A DNA stretch of 64,000 nt from Synechococcus sp. Its GTDB lineage: Bacteria; Cyanobacteriota; Cyanobacteriia; PCC-6307; Cyanobiaceae. Every line of letters starts with the position of its first letter. The first letter of the stretch is position 1. The position numbers and the translations under genes are program-made. Of the stretch, positions 20,228 through 33,394 are shown in pieces. The notes beneath the pieces were generated by a model that did no database searches, was not told the origin of the DNA, and saw nothing but the letters and a program-made list of their open reading frames with translations. The stretch lies in the NCBI GenBank assembly GCA_047285305.1, contig JBJBDL010000003.1, positions 960,001 through 1,024,000 of the forward strand, given 5' to 3'.

Positions 20228-22141
20228 ATGACGGCCAGCTGGAGCCCGACACCCCGTGAAACGGACGCTTTGCAGCGTCATGCCCATGTTCAGAGGTTGT
20301 CGAGGGTCGATGCGGTGTGGCCTTGGCTCGCCGACCGCCATGGGCTGATTGCTGCCGTCGATGCGCCCCATGCGGCGCATCCCGAACGCTTCAATTTCGG
20401 CGAACTGGCGGAGCGCATCGCTACCGCTGCCGCCGCCTTTCGGCGCCTTGGCGTGAACGATGGCGATGTGGTGGCTCTGTTTGCTGAGAACAGCCCCCGC
20501 TGGCTGGTGGCGGATCAGGGCCTGATGCGTGCCGGTGCCGCTGATGCCGTGCGCGGTGCCTCGGCCCCAGTCGAGGAGCTGCGCTACATCCTTTCGGATT
20601 GCCAGGCGATGGCTCTGGTAGTGCAGAACGCTGATGTGTGGCGTCGTCTGGCCCTTCCCCCAGACCAACGGGCTCAGCTGCGTTTTGTGCTTCAGCTGGA
20701 AGGGGAGCCTGCCGAGGGCGCCATGGGCTGGGAGGCGTTTCTGGCGTCAGGGGCCGGCCTTGATCCCGTTTGGCCGGCGGGGGGGCGAGACGCCGTGGCC
20801 ACTGTTCTGTACACCTCGGGCACGACCGGCCAACCCAAAGGGGTCCCGTTGACCCACGCCAACCTGCTGCATCAGATGAGCTCACTGGCCTGTGTGGCCT
20901 ATCCCGAGCCAGGTGCTCCGGTGCTGAGTGTGTTGCCCATTTGGCATGCCTACGAGCGCAGTGCCAGTTACTTCTTCCTCTCCTGCGGCTGCACGCAGAC
21001 CTACACAACCATCAAGCAATTGAAGAAGGATCTGCCGCGGGTCCGGCCGATCGCGATGGCCACCGTGCCGAGGCTGTGGGAGGCGGTTCAGGCTGGATTT
21101 GAGGATGTGCTCAAGACTTTCCCCCCCTCCCGGCAGCGCCTTTTGCGGGCGGCATTGGCCAACAGCGCTGCCCAGAGCAAAGCCGTGCGAACGGCGCGCA
21201 ACCTCCTGCTGGAACCTGTGTCAGCCTCCGGCCGGCTGCGTGCCTGCGGCTCCGCTGCCCTGCGCTGGCCCCTGCATGCCCTGGCGTCGATCTTGATCTG
21301 GCCGAAGCTGCGTTGCCAGCTGAGTGGCGGTCAGCTTCTCTATCCGATCAGTGGTGGCGGTGCCATCGCGCCCCACATCGATGCCTTTTTTGAAGCCGTG
21401 GGGATTGAGCTGCTAGTGGGCTATGGCCTCACCGAAACCAGCCCTGTGGTGAGTTGCCGCAGGCCCTGGCGCAACATCCGCGGCAGCTCGGGGCTGCCGA
21501 TGCCCCAGACCGAATTCCGGATCGTCGATCCCGACAACGGTCAGCCCCTGGGCTTCCGGCAACGGGGGCGGGTGATGGTGCGTGGCCCCCAGGTGATGGC
21601 GGGCTACCTCGGCAAACCCGAGGCCAGCGCAAAGGTTCTCGATGCCGCGGGATGGTTTGACACCGGCGATCTCGGCATGATCCTGCCGGATGGTTCGGTG
21701 GCCCTCACCGGCCGGGCCAAAGACACGATTGTGTTGAGCAGCGGCGAGAATATTGAGCCCGGCCCCCTGGAAGAGGCCCTGGTGGCCAGCCCCCTGATCG
21801 AGCAGGTGATGCTGGTGGGTCAGGACGAACGCCAGCTCGGTGGCCTGATCGTTCCCCGTGCTGAGGCGATCGTGGCCTGGGCGGCTGAAGCCGGCGTGAC
21901 CTTGGCGCAGGATCTGGGCGGCCAACCCGGTGATCCGGCCCTGCTCCGTTTGTTGATGCGCGAATGCAACCGCTTGCTCAATCAGCGGTCGGGTTCCCGT
22001 GGTGATGAACGGCTGGCCGGGGTGGTGCTTGTGGATCCCTTCAGCATTGAGAACGGACTCTTGACCCAGACCTTGAAGCAGCGCCGTGATCGCATCACCA
22101 GCCGCGATCAGCATTTGATTGATGGCCTTTACGGCCGTTGA
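20228..22141 (+). CDS. Long-chain acyl-ACP/CoA synthetase (AMP-binding, Aas/FadD type)
   Basis: YTSGTTGQPKGV, GYGLTETSP, GWFDTGDLG, GRAKDTIVLSSGENIEP; start MTASW. Confidence 0.92.
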   Translation: MTASWSPTPRETDALQRHAHVQRLSRVDAVWPWLADRHGLIAAVDAPHAAHPERFNFGELAERIATAAAAFRRLGVNDGDVVALFAENSPRWLVADQGLMRAGAADAVRGASAPVEELRYILSDCQAMALVVQNADVWRRLALPPDQRAQLRFVLQLEGEPAEGAMGWEAFLASGAGLDPVWPAGGRDAVATVLYTSGTTGQPKGVPLTHANLLHQMSSLACVAYPEPGAPVLSVLPIWHAYERSASYFFLSCGCTQTYTTIKQLKKDLPRVRPIAMATVPRLWEAVQAGFEDVLKTFPPSRQRLLRAALANSAAQSKAVRTARNLLLEPVSASGRLRACGSAALRWPLHALASILIWPKLRCQLSGGQLLYPISGGGAIAPHIDAFFEAVGIELLVGYGLTETSPVVSCRRPWRNIRGSSGLPMPQTEFRIVDPDNGQPLGFRQRGRVMVRGPQVMAGYLGKPEASAKVLDAAGWFDTGDLGMILPDGSVALTGRAKDTIVLSSGENIEPGPLEEALVASPLIEQVMLVGQDERQLGGLIVPRAEAIVAWAAEAGVTLAQDLGGQPGDPALLRLLMRECNRLLNQRSGSRGDERLAGVVLVDPFSIENGLLTQTLKQRRDRITSRDQHLIDGLYGR

Positions 22142-22233
22142 ACGCGGCTGACGAGGCTTGGGGGGTGGTCGGTTGTCCGGTGATTGACCCCACGTGAAAG
22201 GGCTGACACGCTTTGGCCGTCTCCCAAGAACCC

Positions 22234-22677
22234 ATGTCCGACGGCACCTCCCTGACGATCAAGCGTCCGATCATCGTCCGCGCCGTCGTGACGCCCACCT
22301 GGAAAGAAGAAGCAGAGCGCGAGCTCAGCAATGGCATTGCCACCGCTGACCAACAGCTGGCTCAGCTGGAACAGGAAGGTCAGGACGTGGTGGACCAGGT
22401 GCGTCGTCAGAGCGCCAACCCCCTGGATCCCCGCGTGCAGGATCAGGTGGCGCAGATTCAACAGCAGGTGGCGGCCAAGCGCGCCGAGTTGGAGGAGCAG
22501 AAGCGCAACCTGCTTCAGCAGCAGGCCCAGGTGCGTGAGCTGGAGATGGACCAGATCGTTGAGCAGGGTCAGCTGGAGAGCAGCTGTGAGCTGAAGGTCG
22601 GCGACAACCTGGTGCAGAAGATGCAGGTGGCCATCGTTGTGAAGGATGGCGTTGTGCAGTCGATTGAGGAAGCCTGA
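22234..22677 (+). CDS. YlqD family protein
   Basis: IKRPIIVRAVVT..WKEE, coiled coil, VGDNL...M...IVVKDG. Confidence 0.8.
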   Translation: MSDGTSLTIKRPIIVRAVVTPTWKEEAERELSNGIATADQQLAQLEQEGQDVVDQVRRQSANPLDPRVQDQVAQIQQQVAAKRAELEEQKRNLLQQQAQVRELEMDQIVEQGQLESSCELKVGDNLVQKMQVAIVVKDGVVQSIEEA

Positions 22678-22733
22678 TCGGCTTGCCTCTGCTGACTCGT
22701 AAACTCCCCTGATCTGCCCTCCCGGAGACGGTT

Positions 22734-24059
22734 TTGGCGACCACAGACATCTTCATGCCTGCCCTCAGCTCCACCATGACGGAGGGGAAGATCGTGGAGT
22801 GGCTGAAACAGCCCGGAGACAAGGTGGCTCGGGGCGAGTCTGTTCTTGTAGTTGAGTCCGACAAAGCGGACATGGACGTTGAGTCCTTCCAGGACGGCTA
22901 CCTCGCAGCGGTCTTAATGCCTGCTGGCAGCACGGCACCGGTGGGCGAAACCATCGGTCTGATCGTCGAAACCGAAGCTGAGATCGCCGACGCGCAGGCC
23001 AAGGCCCCCAGCGCTCCTGCTACGGCGCCCGCTCCTGCACCGGTTCCAGCCCCCACGGCAGCTGCAGTTCAGGCCCCAGCTCCAACCCCTGCGCCGGCTC
23101 CGGCTCCTGTTGCTGCTCCTGCGCCGTCGGCACCGGTGGTGAACGACGGTCGCATCGTGGCCAGCCCCCGGGCCAAAAAGCTGGCCTCCCAGATAGGTGT
23201 GGACCTGGCGACCGTGCGCGGCAGCGGTCCCCATGGCCGGATTCAGGCAGAAGACGTGGAGCAAGCCTCCGGTCAGCCCATCTCCGTGCCCCGGGTGGCG
23301 GAAGGAACGGCTCCCGCTGCTTCCTCGGCTGGCGCTGCAGCAGCAGCGGCCCCAGCAGCGCCTGCGGGCAACAGCTTTGGTAGGCCCGGTGAGACCGTGG
23401 CCTTCAACACCCTCCAGGGTGCGGTGAACAAAAACATGGAGGCGAGCCTGGCGGTTCCCTGCTTCCGCGTTGGTTACACCATCACCACCGACAAGCTGGA
23501 TGCCTTCTACAAACAGGTGAAGCCCAAGGGCGTCACGATGACGGCGCTGCTGGCCAAGGCTGTGGCCGTCACCCTGGCGCGTCACCCCCAGGTTAATGCT
23601 GCGACCACCGCCGCCGGCATGGCCTATCCAGCCGATGTGAACGTGGCTGTCGCCGTGGCGATGGAAGACGGTGGCTTGATCACGCCGGTGCTGCGCAATG
23701 CCGATCGCACCGATCTCTATGAGATGTCGCGTCAGTGGGGTGATCTGGTCAAGCGCTCCCGCAGCAAGCAGCTGCAGCCGGAGGAATATTCCACGGGCAC
23801 CTTCACCCTCTCCAACCTCGGCATGTTCGGTGTTGATCGCTTCGACGCGATCCTTCCCCCAGGCACCGGAGCCATTCTCGCAGTCGCCGCATCACGCCCC
23901 ACGGTGGTGGCGAACAAGGACGGGTCCATCGCCGTCAAGCGTCAGATGCAGGTGAACCTGACGGCGGATCACCGGGTGATTTACGGCGCTGACGGCGCCG
24001 CATTCCTCAAGGATCTCGCCGCTCTGATCGAGAACCGTCCAGAAAGCCTGGCGCTCTGA
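22734..24059 (+). CDS. pdhC: Pyruvate dehydrogenase E2 (dihydrolipoamide acetyltransferase)
   Basis: Lipoyl domain ESDKADM, Ala/Pro linker, ASPRAKKLA...GSGPHGRI, DHRVIYGA. Confidence 0.95.
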   Translation: MATTDIFMPALSSTMTEGKIVEWLKQPGDKVARGESVLVVESDKADMDVESFQDGYLAAVLMPAGSTAPVGETIGLIVETEAEIADAQAKAPSAPATAPAPAPVPAPTAAAVQAPAPTPAPAPAPVAAPAPSAPVVNDGRIVASPRAKKLASQIGVDLATVRGSGPHGRIQAEDVEQASGQPISVPRVAEGTAPAASSAGAAAAAAPAAPAGNSFGRPGETVAFNTLQGAVNKNMEASLAVPCFRVGYTITTDKLDAFYKQVKPKGVTMTALLAKAVAVTLARHPQVNAATTAAGMAYPADVNVAVAVAMEDGGLITPVLRNADRTDLYEMSRQWGDLVKRSRSKQLQPEEYSTGTFTLSNLGMFGVDRFDAILPPGTGAILAVAASRPTVVANKDGSIAVKRQMQVNLTADHRVIYGADGAAFLKDLAALIENRPESLAL

Positions 24060-24071
24060 TCGGTCGCCCGC

Positions 24072-25172
24072 GTGCGTGACCCCAGGGACCTGCAACTCAG
24101 CAGCTACGACTACCCGCTGCCGCCTGAGCGCATCGCTCAGGCACCGGTCGAGCCCCGCCACAGCGCTCGGTTGTTGATGGTTCCCCCCCACGGGGAGCCA
24201 TTAATGGATGCCGCTCACGGCCAGGTGTGGGATCTGCTCGAGCAGCTGCAGCCTGGTGATCTGCTGGTGGTGAACGACACCCGGGTGCTGAAGGCCCGCC
24301 TGGCGGTGCGGCGTTCCGGTGGCGGACTGTCCGAATTGCTCGTGCTGGAGCCGCGGGGAGAGGGCCGCTGGCTGTGTTTAGCTCGTCCTGCCAAGCGCAT
24401 GCGGCCAGGCGACAGCCTCACGATTGATGGCACTTCGATCAGCCTGACGGTGCTCGCGGAAGACTCCGCCAGCGGTGGACGGGTGGTGCAGTTCCCCAGT
24501 GATTGCAGGGATGCCGAAACCATTGAGGTTTTGCTTAATGACGTGGGTGAGGTGCCTCTACCGCCCTACATCGAACGGCACGACCCCAGCGACAGCCAGC
24601 GTTATCAGACCCGTTACGCCGATCGCCCCGGTGCGGTGGCGGCCCCGACCGCGGGGTTGCACTTCAGTGATGAACTGCTGGCGGGTTTGCAGAAGAAAGG
24701 GGTGGATCTGGCCCGGATCACCCTGCATGTGGGCCTCGGCACCTTTCGCCCCGTTGAAACGGAAGACCTCACCGCCTTGGAGTTGCACAGTGAATGGGTT
24801 GATGTCAGCCCTGCTGTGGTGGAGGCGGTGCAGGCTTGTCGAGGCCGGGTGATTGCGGTGGGCACCACGAGTGTTCGTGCTCTGGAGGGGGCCGCTCAAG
24901 CCCATGGCGGTGTTCTCAAGCCCTACACGGGGCCCGTGGATCTGGTGATTCAGCCGGGCTATCAGTTCAAGGTGATTCAAGCCCTGCTCACCAACTTCCA
25001 TCTGCCCAAAAGCTCTCTGCTGCTGTTGGTGAGTGCCCTGATCGGCCGGGAAACCCTGTTGAAGCTGTACGTCGAAGCGATTGAAAGGAGCTATCGCTTC
25101 TTCTCCTATGGCGATGCCATGTGGATTGATGCAGCGGCGGTGCAGCCCCAGGCCCGCCCACTGGCACGCTGA
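24072..25172 (+). CDS. queA: SAM:tRNA ribosyltransferase-isomerase
   Basis: [47 protein letters not shown]. Confidence 0.96.
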   Translation: MRDPRDLQLSSYDYPLPPERIAQAPVEPRHSARLLMVPPHGEPLMDAAHGQVWDLLEQLQPGDLLVVNDTRVLKARLAVRRSGGGLSELLVLEPRGEGRWLCLARPAKRMRPGDSLTIDGTSISLTVLAEDSASGGRVVQFPSDCRDAETIEVLLNDVGEVPLPPYIERHDPSDSQRYQTRYADRPGAVAAPTAGLHFSDELLAGLQKKGVDLARITLHVGLGTFRPVETEDLTALELHSEWVDVSPAVVEAVQACRGRVIAVGTTSVRALEGAAQAHGGVLKPYTGPVDLVIQPGYQFKVIQALLTNFHLPKSSLLLLVSALIGRETLLKLYVEAIERSYRFFSYGDAMWIDAAAVQPQARPLAR

Positions 25173-25199
25173 AGCTTGAACGGTTATCGGTGAGGCCAT

Positions 25200-25225
25200 A
25201 AAAAAAGCCCCGTCAACGACGGGGC
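25200..25225 (-). terminator. Intrinsic terminator downstream of cysK
   Basis: GCCCCGTC-aac-GACGGGGC perfect 8-bp stem preceded by an A run (U tract on the minus strand). Confidence 0.85.
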
Positions 25226-25247
25226 CAAGGCTTCTGGTTGAGACAGC

Positions 25248-26234
<987 letters not shown>

Positions 26235-26288
26235 GGAGCTGCTGTAGAGGGGCCCGAAGAAAACAAACTAATGATCGAAAGCCTCTCC

Positions 26289-27785
26289 TTACCCGGTTGT
26301 TAAGGGCTTTTTCAGAGTCTCACCGGACTCTTGGTCAGTAAACGCCTGCTCAAACCGCATCCACAGCGCCTCGGGGTCTTCCCGGCCGACTGACACCCGG
26401 AGCAGATCAGCTGGCACACCGCATTGCTCCGCCCAGCTCAGTTCGTCGTAGTGGGCCAGCTGGGTGTAGGGGCACACCAGGCTGAAATCGGTGCCAAGGC
26501 TGGGGCCTTTGCTGATCCGAAGCGCGTCGTAAACCCGCTTGGAATGCTCTTGGCCTCCCTTCAGTTCAAACGAGAGCAGGCAGCCGTGGCCAGCTCCGCT
26601 CCGCATCAAGGCGCGGAAGTTGGGGCAGCTCTTCGGATGCAGCACCCGCTTCACAGCCGGATGCTCTTCGAGCCGTTCCGCCAGAAGCAGGGCGTTCGCA
26701 TCGAGTTGCGGCACCCGCTGGAGCACATCCCGGCTGGCGATCTCCAGGGCGATGGCATCGGCATCGCTGAGCGGGGCGATGGCTGGAACCGCCGCCAGCA
26801 GGGAGGCTGCCCAGGGCGACCGCGGGCTCACCAGCACACTGCCCGCCATCACATCACCGCGGCCAGCGAAGCTTTTGGTGAGTGAGGTGAAGATCAGATC
26901 GGCGAAGGGCAGGGCATTGAGGTTGATGCCGGTGCCGATCGTGTCATCGGCAATCACCGGAATGCCGCGGCTGCGGGCCAGGGCCGACACGCCGGGCAGA
27001 TCCATGCAGCGCAGCAGCGGATTGCTGGGCAGCTCTACAATCATGGCCGCCGGCTGGAGCTGATCAAGGGCCGCTTCCACCTCGGTGAGGCTCTGCGGTT
27101 GCAACAGCTCGCCACCGTGAAACACCACCTGCGGCTGCTTCAGCACATCCACATAGGGGAAGCCCAGTTGCAGCGTGGGCTTCCCCGGCCGCAGCGTCTG
27201 GATGGCACTGAGTGCCGCATGCAGCCCGGCCATTCCCGCTGGATGCAAGCTGATCTGCTTTGCGTCGACGCCATGGATGCCAGCCAAGCGCTTTCGAATC
27301 ACCTCGCGGGCCGCGTCGCCGGATGTGCGGCTGGGAGCCGTCTCCTTCCCCAGGGCGATGGCGGCCTGGCGGGAGGAGAGCCCCAGGCCGGTGTGCTGCC
27401 AGAACGCTTTGGCATGGGGGCTCGCCGCTGCATCACTGCGTAGGCAGATCACCCCAGCAATGGCGATCAGCTCCGAGCGGCTCTCCGGTGCCTTGCGTTC
27501 GCAGTGGGCCAGGGCTGCCAGGGCTGCCGCTTCGGTGGGGTAGGGCCAAACCGTGCTCCCTGCAAGCTCCGAAGGCTGAACCAGTTGTCGGATCAGCGGA
27601 TGCAGGCCGAAGCGGGGATAGATCGTCTGCAGGGCATCGCGGCAGGCCGGATCCTTCTCCTCGTAGGCGATCACATCGCGCCAGCGCGGCAGCGCCACAG
27701 ACACCGCATGTGGGGAGTCGGGCAGGGGATGGCCGAGATCAGAGCCCTGCCAGGCCGGATCGTTGAGCAGATTGCGGGGACTCAC
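26289..27785 (-). CDS. PLP-dependent trans-sulfuration enzyme (cystathionine gamma-synthase-like, long form)
   Basis: ELPSNPLL, DDTIG, SLTKSF.G..DVM.GS, GPSLGT.F.L..PY. Confidence 0.8.
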   Translation of the reverse strand: MSPRNLLNDPAWQGSDLGHPLPDSPHAVSVALPRWRDVIAYEEKDPACRDALQTIYPRFGLHPLIRQLVQPSELAGSTVWPYPTEAAALAALAHCERKAPESRSELIAIAGVICLRSDAAASPHAKAFWQHTGLGLSSRQAAIALGKETAPSRTSGDAAREVIRKRLAGIHGVDAKQISLHPAGMAGLHAALSAIQTLRPGKPTLQLGFPYVDVLKQPQVVFHGGELLQPQSLTEVEAALDQLQPAAMIVELPSNPLLRCMDLPGVSALARSRGIPVIADDTIGTGINLNALPFADLIFTSLTKSFAGRGDVMAGSVLVSPRSPWAASLLAAVPAIAPLSDADAIALEIASRDVLQRVPQLDANALLLAERLEEHPAVKRVLHPKSCPNFRALMRSGAGHGCLLSFELKGGQEHSKRVYDALRISKGPSLGTDFSLVCPYTQLAHYDELSWAEQCGVPADLLRVSVGREDPEALWMRFEQAFTDQESGETLKKPLTTG

Positions 27786-28924
27786 GCCAGCAGCTCCAGG
27801 GCCTGGTCCAGATCGGCCTGCAGATCGGCGAGGTCTTCGCAGCCCACGGAGAAGCGCACCAGGCCATCGTCGATGCCCAGTTTGGCCTTCACCTCAGCCG
27901 ACACCGAGGCGTGGGTCATGGTGGCGGGGTGGCAGATCAGGCTTTCGATGCCGCCCAGGCTTTCGGCCATGGTGAACCAGCGCAGCTGTTTGCAGAGGGC
28001 ATAGGTCTGCTCCTGGCTGGCGTTGAAGCTCACCGTCACGATGGCGCCACCGGCGCGCATCTGACGGGCTGCCACCTGATGCTGCGGATGATCACTGCGG
28101 TGGGGGTAACGCGCCCAGTTCACCTTGGCGTGCCCCGCCAGTTGATCGGCCAGGGCCGCGGCATTGGCCATCTGCTGCTTGAGCCGCAGCGGCAGGGTCT
28201 TGATGCCCCGCGTGATCAGCCAGCAATCAAAGGGGGAGGGCTGCAGGCCTAGGGCCTTCTGGGAGAACACCATCTTCTGCTGCCACTCGGGATCGTTGGT
28301 GCACACGGCTCCACCGAGGGCATCGGAGTGGCCGTTGATGTATTTAGTCGTGCTGGTGAGCGAGAGGGTGGCACCCAGTTCCAGAGGGCGCTGCACCAGG
28401 GCGGTGGCGAAGGTGTTGTCCACCACCACGGGGATGCCAAGGGGTTGGGTAATAGCGCAGACCGCCTCCAGGTCGATCACCTTGAGCAGAGGGTTGGTGG
28501 GGCTCTCCAGCCACACCATCGCCGGCTTCTGGGATTGGATCTGCTCCAGTGCGGCCGGCTGGGTGAAGTCCACCCAAGCGGTTTTCAAGCCGAACTTGGC
28601 GAACACCTGCTCGAACAGCCGCACGGTGCAGCCGTAGAGGTTCTCTTCGCAGAGCACCAGATCGCCCTGCTTCAGCTGGGAGACCACAGCGGTGATGGCG
28701 CTGACGCCGGAGGCGAAGACAGTTGCGTGGGCGCAGCCTTCAACCGAGGCGAGCACCCCATCAAGGATGCGGAAGTTGGGATTGCCGGACCGGGTGTAGT
28801 CGAACCCGCCGGTATTGCCATGGGCAAAGGTGCTGGTGGGGAAGATCGGCGGCATCACCGTGCCGGTGTCTCCCGCAAAGCTGTCGCCGTGGTGGATCAC
28901 CCGGGTGTTCAGGCCTGTGTTCAC
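27782..28924 (-). CDS. Cystathionine beta-lyase/gamma-synthase family (MetB/MetC)
   Basis: YTRSGNP, ESPTNPLL, DNTFAT, STTKYINGHSD, AESLGGIESL. Confidence 0.88.
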   Translation of the reverse strand: MNTGLNTRVIHHGDSFAGDTGTVMPPIFPTSTFAHGNTGGFDYTRSGNPNFRILDGVLASVEGCAHATVFASGVSAITAVVSQLKQGDLVLCEENLYGCTVRLFEQVFAKFGLKTAWVDFTQPAALEQIQSQKPAMVWLESPTNPLLKVIDLEAVCAITQPLGIPVVVDNTFATALVQRPLELGATLSLTSTTKYINGHSDALGGAVCTNDPEWQQKMVFSQKALGLQPSPFDCWLITRGIKTLPLRLKQQMANAAALADQLAGHAKVNWARYPHRSDHPQHQVAARQMRAGGAIVTVSFNASQEQTYALCKQLRWFTMAESLGGIESLICHPATMTHASVSAEVKAKLGIDDGLVRFSVGCEDLADLQADLDQALELLA

Positions 28925-28975
28925 GGACGATCCATCGATTCGGACAGGCTAAGAAATCGCCTCTCCCTTCCCAAT

Positions 28976-29003
28976 AAAAAACCCTCGCCGTGTGACGAGG
29001 GTT
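28976..29003 (-). terminator. Intrinsic terminator of the psbDC operon
   Basis: Minus strand AACCCUCGUC-acac-GGCGAGGGUU followed by a U run, 30 nt after the psbC stop. Confidence 0.8.
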
Positions 29004-29033
29004 GATGACGATCGTTTGGGTTGAACCGGTGGA

Positions 29034-30422
29034 TCAATCGAGGTCGGGCATGCCGAGCACAGGCTCAGCTTTGCGGTCGATGCCTTTCTCGAATCCAGCA
29101 GCAGCAGCGCGAGCGCGGCCGGCGTGCCAGAGGTGACCAACCAGGAAGAAGAAGGCGAGCACGAACTGAGTTGCACCCAGCCACTGGCGGAGGTTCACGT
29201 AGTTCACCGAGTTGGGCTCGGTGATGATGCCGCCCACGGAGTTGATCGAGGCGTTGGGAGCGTGGGTCATGTACTCAGCCGCACGGCGCACTTGCCATGG
29301 CTGAATGTCGTTCTGCAGCTTGTCGAGGCTGAGACCGTTGGGGCCACGCAGGGGCTCGAGCCAGGGACCGCGGAAGTCCCAGAAGCGCATGGTTTCACCT
29401 CCGAAGATGATTTCACCGGTGGGTGAGCGCATCAGGTACTTACCAAGGCCGGTGGGGCCCATGGCGGAACCGATGTTCGCGCCGAGGCGCTGGTCACGCA
29501 CCAGGAAGGTGAAACTCTGGGCCTGGGATGCCTCAGCGTTAGTGGGGCCCCAGAACTCGGAGGGATAGGCGGTGTTGTTGAACCAGATGTAGGCCGAAGC
29601 GATGAAGCTCATGAAGCTCAGAGCGCCAAGGCTGTAGCTCAGGTAGGCCTCACCGTTCCAGATAAATGCGCGACGCACCCAGCCGAAAGGCTTGGTGATG
29701 GCGTGCCAGATGCCACCGAAGATCAGGGTCAGACCCAGCCAGATGTGGCCACCGATGATGTCCTCCATGGAGTTCACACCGATGATCCAGCCCTCGCCGC
29801 CGAAGGGAGCGCGGAACAGATAGCCGAAGATCACGCCCGGATCGAGGGTCGGGTTGGTGATCATGCGGACGTCACCGCCGCCGGGGGCCCAGGTGTCGTA
29901 GACGCCGCCGAAGAACATGGCCTTGAAGACCAGCAGCAGACAGCCGACGCCCAGAAGAATCAAGTGATAACCAATGATGTTGGTCATCTGGTTCTTGTCA
30001 CGCCAGTCCTGGGAGAAGAAGGAGGAATAGTTCTCCAAGATCTCCGGACCACGCAGAGCGTGATAGAGGCCGCCGAGGCCGAGCACGGCGGAGCTGATCA
30101 GGTGCAGAACACCGACCACGAAGAAGGGGAAGAGATCAGTGACCTCACCGCCAGGGCCTACGCCGTAGCCAAGGGTGGCGACGTGAGGCATGCAGATGAA
30201 GCCCTGCTCATACATGGGCTTGTCGAAGGTGAAGTGGCTCACCTCGAACAGCATCATTGCGCCGGCCCAGAACACCATCAGACCAGCGTGGGCCACGTGG
30301 GCACCAAGCAGACGACCAGACAGGTTGATCAGGCGGGCGTTGCCAGACCACCAGGCATACCCGGTGGAGGGAAGGTCTTTGCCGCCAGTGGCGCCAAGAC
30401 CGGGATTAGAGAGCGTTACCAC
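29034..30422 (-). CDS. psbC: Photosystem II CP43 protein
   Basis: [54 protein letters not shown] start overlaps the psbD end by 17 nt. Confidence 0.98.
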   Translation of the reverse strand: MVTLSNPGLGATGGKDLPSTGYAWWSGNARLINLSGRLLGAHVAHAGLMVFWAGAMMLFEVSHFTFDKPMYEQGFICMPHVATLGYGVGPGGEVTDLFPFFVVGVLHLISSAVLGLGGLYHALRGPEILENYSSFFSQDWRDKNQMTNIIGYHLILLGVGCLLLVFKAMFFGGVYDTWAPGGGDVRMITNPTLDPGVIFGYLFRAPFGGEGWIIGVNSMEDIIGGHIWLGLTLIFGGIWHAITKPFGWVRRAFIWNGEAYLSYSLGALSFMSFIASAYIWFNNTAYPSEFWGPTNAEASQAQSFTFLVRDQRLGANIGSAMGPTGLGKYLMRSPTGEIIFGGETMRFWDFRGPWLEPLRGPNGLSLDKLQNDIQPWQVRRAAEYMTHAPNASINSVGGIITEPNSVNYVNLRQWLGATQFVLAFFFLVGHLWHAGRARAAAAGFEKGIDRKAEPVLGMPDLD

Positions 30423-31461
30423 GGGGCAGAACCTCTTCAGGGAAGACGAAGTTTTCGTGCGGCTGGTCAGCCGGTGCCATCCAGGCACGCAGACCTTCAT
30501 TTAGAAGGATGTTCTTGGTGTAGAAGGTCTCGAATTCGGGATCTTCTGCAGCGCGGATTTCCTGTGACACGAAGTCATAGGCGCGCAGGTTGAGGGCCAA
30601 GCCGATGATGCCGATGGAGCTGGTCCACAGGCCCATTACAGGCACGAACAGCATGAAGAAGTGCAGCCAGCGCTTGTTGGAGAAGGCGATACCGAAGATC
30701 TGACTCCAGAAGCGGTTGGCGGTGACCATCGAATAGGTCTCTTCTTCCTGGGTGGGCTCGAACGCCTTGAAGGTGTTGGCCTGCTCACCGTCCTCAAACA
30801 GGGTGTTTTCCACGGTGGCGCCGTGAATGGCGCAAAGCAGTGCACCGCCGAGGATGCCGGCGACGCCCATCATGTGGAAGGGGTTCAGGGTCCAGTTGTG
30901 GAAGCCCTGAAGGAAGAGAAGGAAGCGGAAGATCGCAGCCACACCGAAGGAGGGCGCGAAGAACCAGCTGCTCTGGCCGAGGGGATACATCAGGAAGACA
31001 CTGACGAACACCGCGATCGGTCCGGAGAAGGCGATGGCGTTGTAAGGGCGGATGCCGACCAGACGGGCGATCTCGAACTGACGGAGCATGAAGCCGATCA
31101 GTGCGAAGGCGCCGTGCAGGGCCACGAAGGCCCAGAGGCCACCGAGTTGACACCAGCGAACGAAGTCGCCCTGAGCTTCAGGGCCCCAGAGCAGCAGCAG
31201 GCTGTGACCCATCGCATCAGCGGGGGTTGACACAGCAGCGGTCAGGAAGTTGCAACCTTCCAGGTACGAAGAGGCAATGCCGTGGGTGTACCAGGAGGTA
31301 ACAAAGGTGGTGCCTGTCAGCCAGCCACCGATGGCCAAGTAGGCCGTTGGGAGGAGAAGAATGCCGGACCAGCCGACAAAAACGAAGCGGTCGCGCTTGA
31401 GCCAGTCATCGAGGACGTCAAACCATCCCCGCTGTGGCGCGCGTCCTACAGCGATCGTCAT
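30406..31461 (-). CDS. psbD: Photosystem II D2 protein
   Basis: MTIAVGR...[23 protein letters not shown] ... [12 protein letters not shown]. Confidence 0.98.
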   Translation of the reverse strand: MTIAVGRAPQRGWFDVLDDWLKRDRFVFVGWSGILLLPTAYLAIGGWLTGTTFVTSWYTHGIASSYLEGCNFLTAAVSTPADAMGHSLLLLWGPEAQGDFVRWCQLGGLWAFVALHGAFALIGFMLRQFEIARLVGIRPYNAIAFSGPIAVFVSVFLMYPLGQSSWFFAPSFGVAAIFRFLLFLQGFHNWTLNPFHMMGVAGILGGALLCAIHGATVENTLFEDGEQANTFKAFEPTQEEETYSMVTANRFWSQIFGIAFSNKRWLHFFMLFVPVMGLWTSSIGIIGLALNLRAYDFVSQEIRAAEDPEFETFYTKNILLNEGLRAWMAPADQPHENFVFPEEVLPRGNAL

Positions 31462-31550
31462 GAGAGGTGAACGGTGCGGAAAGCCGCAGGCTGTGGGATA
31501 CGCCGCGACCTTAACAATCTTCAAGCGACCTGCGGGGCTGATTTGCGTGA

Positions 31551-32186
<636 letters not shown>

Positions 32187-32190
32187 TCCG

Positions 32191-32862
32191 ATGCGTCGTC
32201 TTCGTTCCTGGGCGCTGCTGCTGATCATCCCGTTGTTGGTGAGTTGCAGCACTTCCCCGCGCGCTTCGGTGGTGACTGGTTGTGCTGATGCTGAGGCGGC
32301 CTGCCTGCAGGGCCTGGCCACCGTCACCATGCAGACGAGCCAGGGCGAGTTCACGATTGAAGTGAACGGCGATGCCGCTCCTCTCACCTCCGGCAATTTC
32401 CTTGATCTGGTGCGGCGCGGCACCTACGACGGAACCATGTTCCACCGCGTTGTTCGCGAGCCCGTTCCCTTTGTGGTGCAAGGGGGCGACCCGCAATCCA
32501 GTGATCGATCGGTTCCTCTGGGGCAGCTCGGTACGGGCAGTTTTGTGGATCCCGACAATGGTCAGGCGCGGATGATTCCGCTTGAGATCAAGTTCAGATC
32601 CGAGCAGCAGCCCCGCTACGGCAGGGTCAGCACCAATCCGGCGGAACTTGATGGCCTGGAGTTGACCCACGAGCGTGGAGCGGTGGCCATGGCCCGCTCC
32701 CAGGCTCCTGATTCCGCCAGCGCCCAGTTCTATGTGGCCTTGCGTCCCTTGCCAGAACTCGACGGCCGTTACGCCGTCTTCGGCCGTGTGGTGGACGGCA
32801 TGGAGGTGGTGGATGCGATCCAGCAAGGAGATCGCATCGCCAAGGCTGCGATAACGCAGTAA
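32191..32862 (+). CDS. Cyclophilin-type peptidyl-prolyl isomerase, probable lipoprotein
   Basis: LLVSC lipobox-like, APLTSGNF, FHRVV, QGGDP, AMARS..PDSASAQF, YAVFG.V. Confidence 0.9.
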   Translation: MRRLRSWALLLIIPLLVSCSTSPRASVVTGCADAEAACLQGLATVTMQTSQGEFTIEVNGDAAPLTSGNFLDLVRRGTYDGTMFHRVVREPVPFVVQGGDPQSSDRSVPLGQLGTGSFVDPDNGQARMIPLEIKFRSEQQPRYGRVSTNPAELDGLELTHERGAVAMARSQAPDSASAQFYVALRPLPELDGRYAVFGRVVDGMEVVDAIQQGDRIAKAAITQ

Positions 32863-32863
32863 C

Positions 32864-33394
32864 TCAGGCCGGTACCCGGCTTTGGCTGGGGGACACCTTG
32901 AGCATTTCGGTGTTCACGCCTGAGGCCCGCTCAAGGGCCACCTTGCCGGTGCGGGCGATTTCGAGAATGCCGAAGGGGGCCATTAACCGTTCAAGGGCTA
33001 CCAGCTTTCCGGGATCCCCCACCACTTCCAGGGTTAGGGCTTCATCCGCCACGTCCACAACCTTGGCCCTGAACACCTGAACGAGTTCGATCACGGCGCC
33101 CCGGGATGCTGCCGGTGCCGAAACTTTGAGCAGCATCAGCTCCCGTTCGACTGCCGGGCGCTGGGTCAGGTCGAGGACCTGAAGCACATTCACCAGCTTG
33201 TCCAGCTGTTTGGTCATCTGCTGGAGCGTCTGGTCATCGCCCTCCACCACCATGGTCAGGCGCGATTGCCCTTCGGCCTCTGCTGGGCCGACAGCCAGGC
33301 TGTCAATGTTGAAGCCGCGTCGGGCGAAGAGTCCTGCGATCCGGCTGAGTGCGCCGGATTCGTCTTCAACCACCACCGAAAGGGTGTGTTTCAT
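32864..33394 (-). CDS. ilvN: Acetolactate synthase small regulatory subunit
   Basis: [47 protein letters not shown]. Confidence 0.95.
   Translation of the reverse strand: MKHTLSVVVEDESGALSRIAGLFARRGFNIDSLAVGPAEAEGQSRLTMVVEGDDQTLQQMTKQLDKLVNVLQVLDLTQRPAVERELMLLKVSAPAASRGAVIELVQVFRAKVVDVADEALTLEVVGDPGKLVALERLMAPFGILEIARTGKVALERASGVNTEMLKVSPSQSRVPA

Noticed and set aside
22995..23140. Repetitive GC-rich tract in pdhC
   Set aside because: Encodes the normal Ala/Pro linker of E2 subunits
30406..30422. psbD/psbC overlap with GTG start
   Set aside because: Standard for cyanobacterial and plastid psbDC operons
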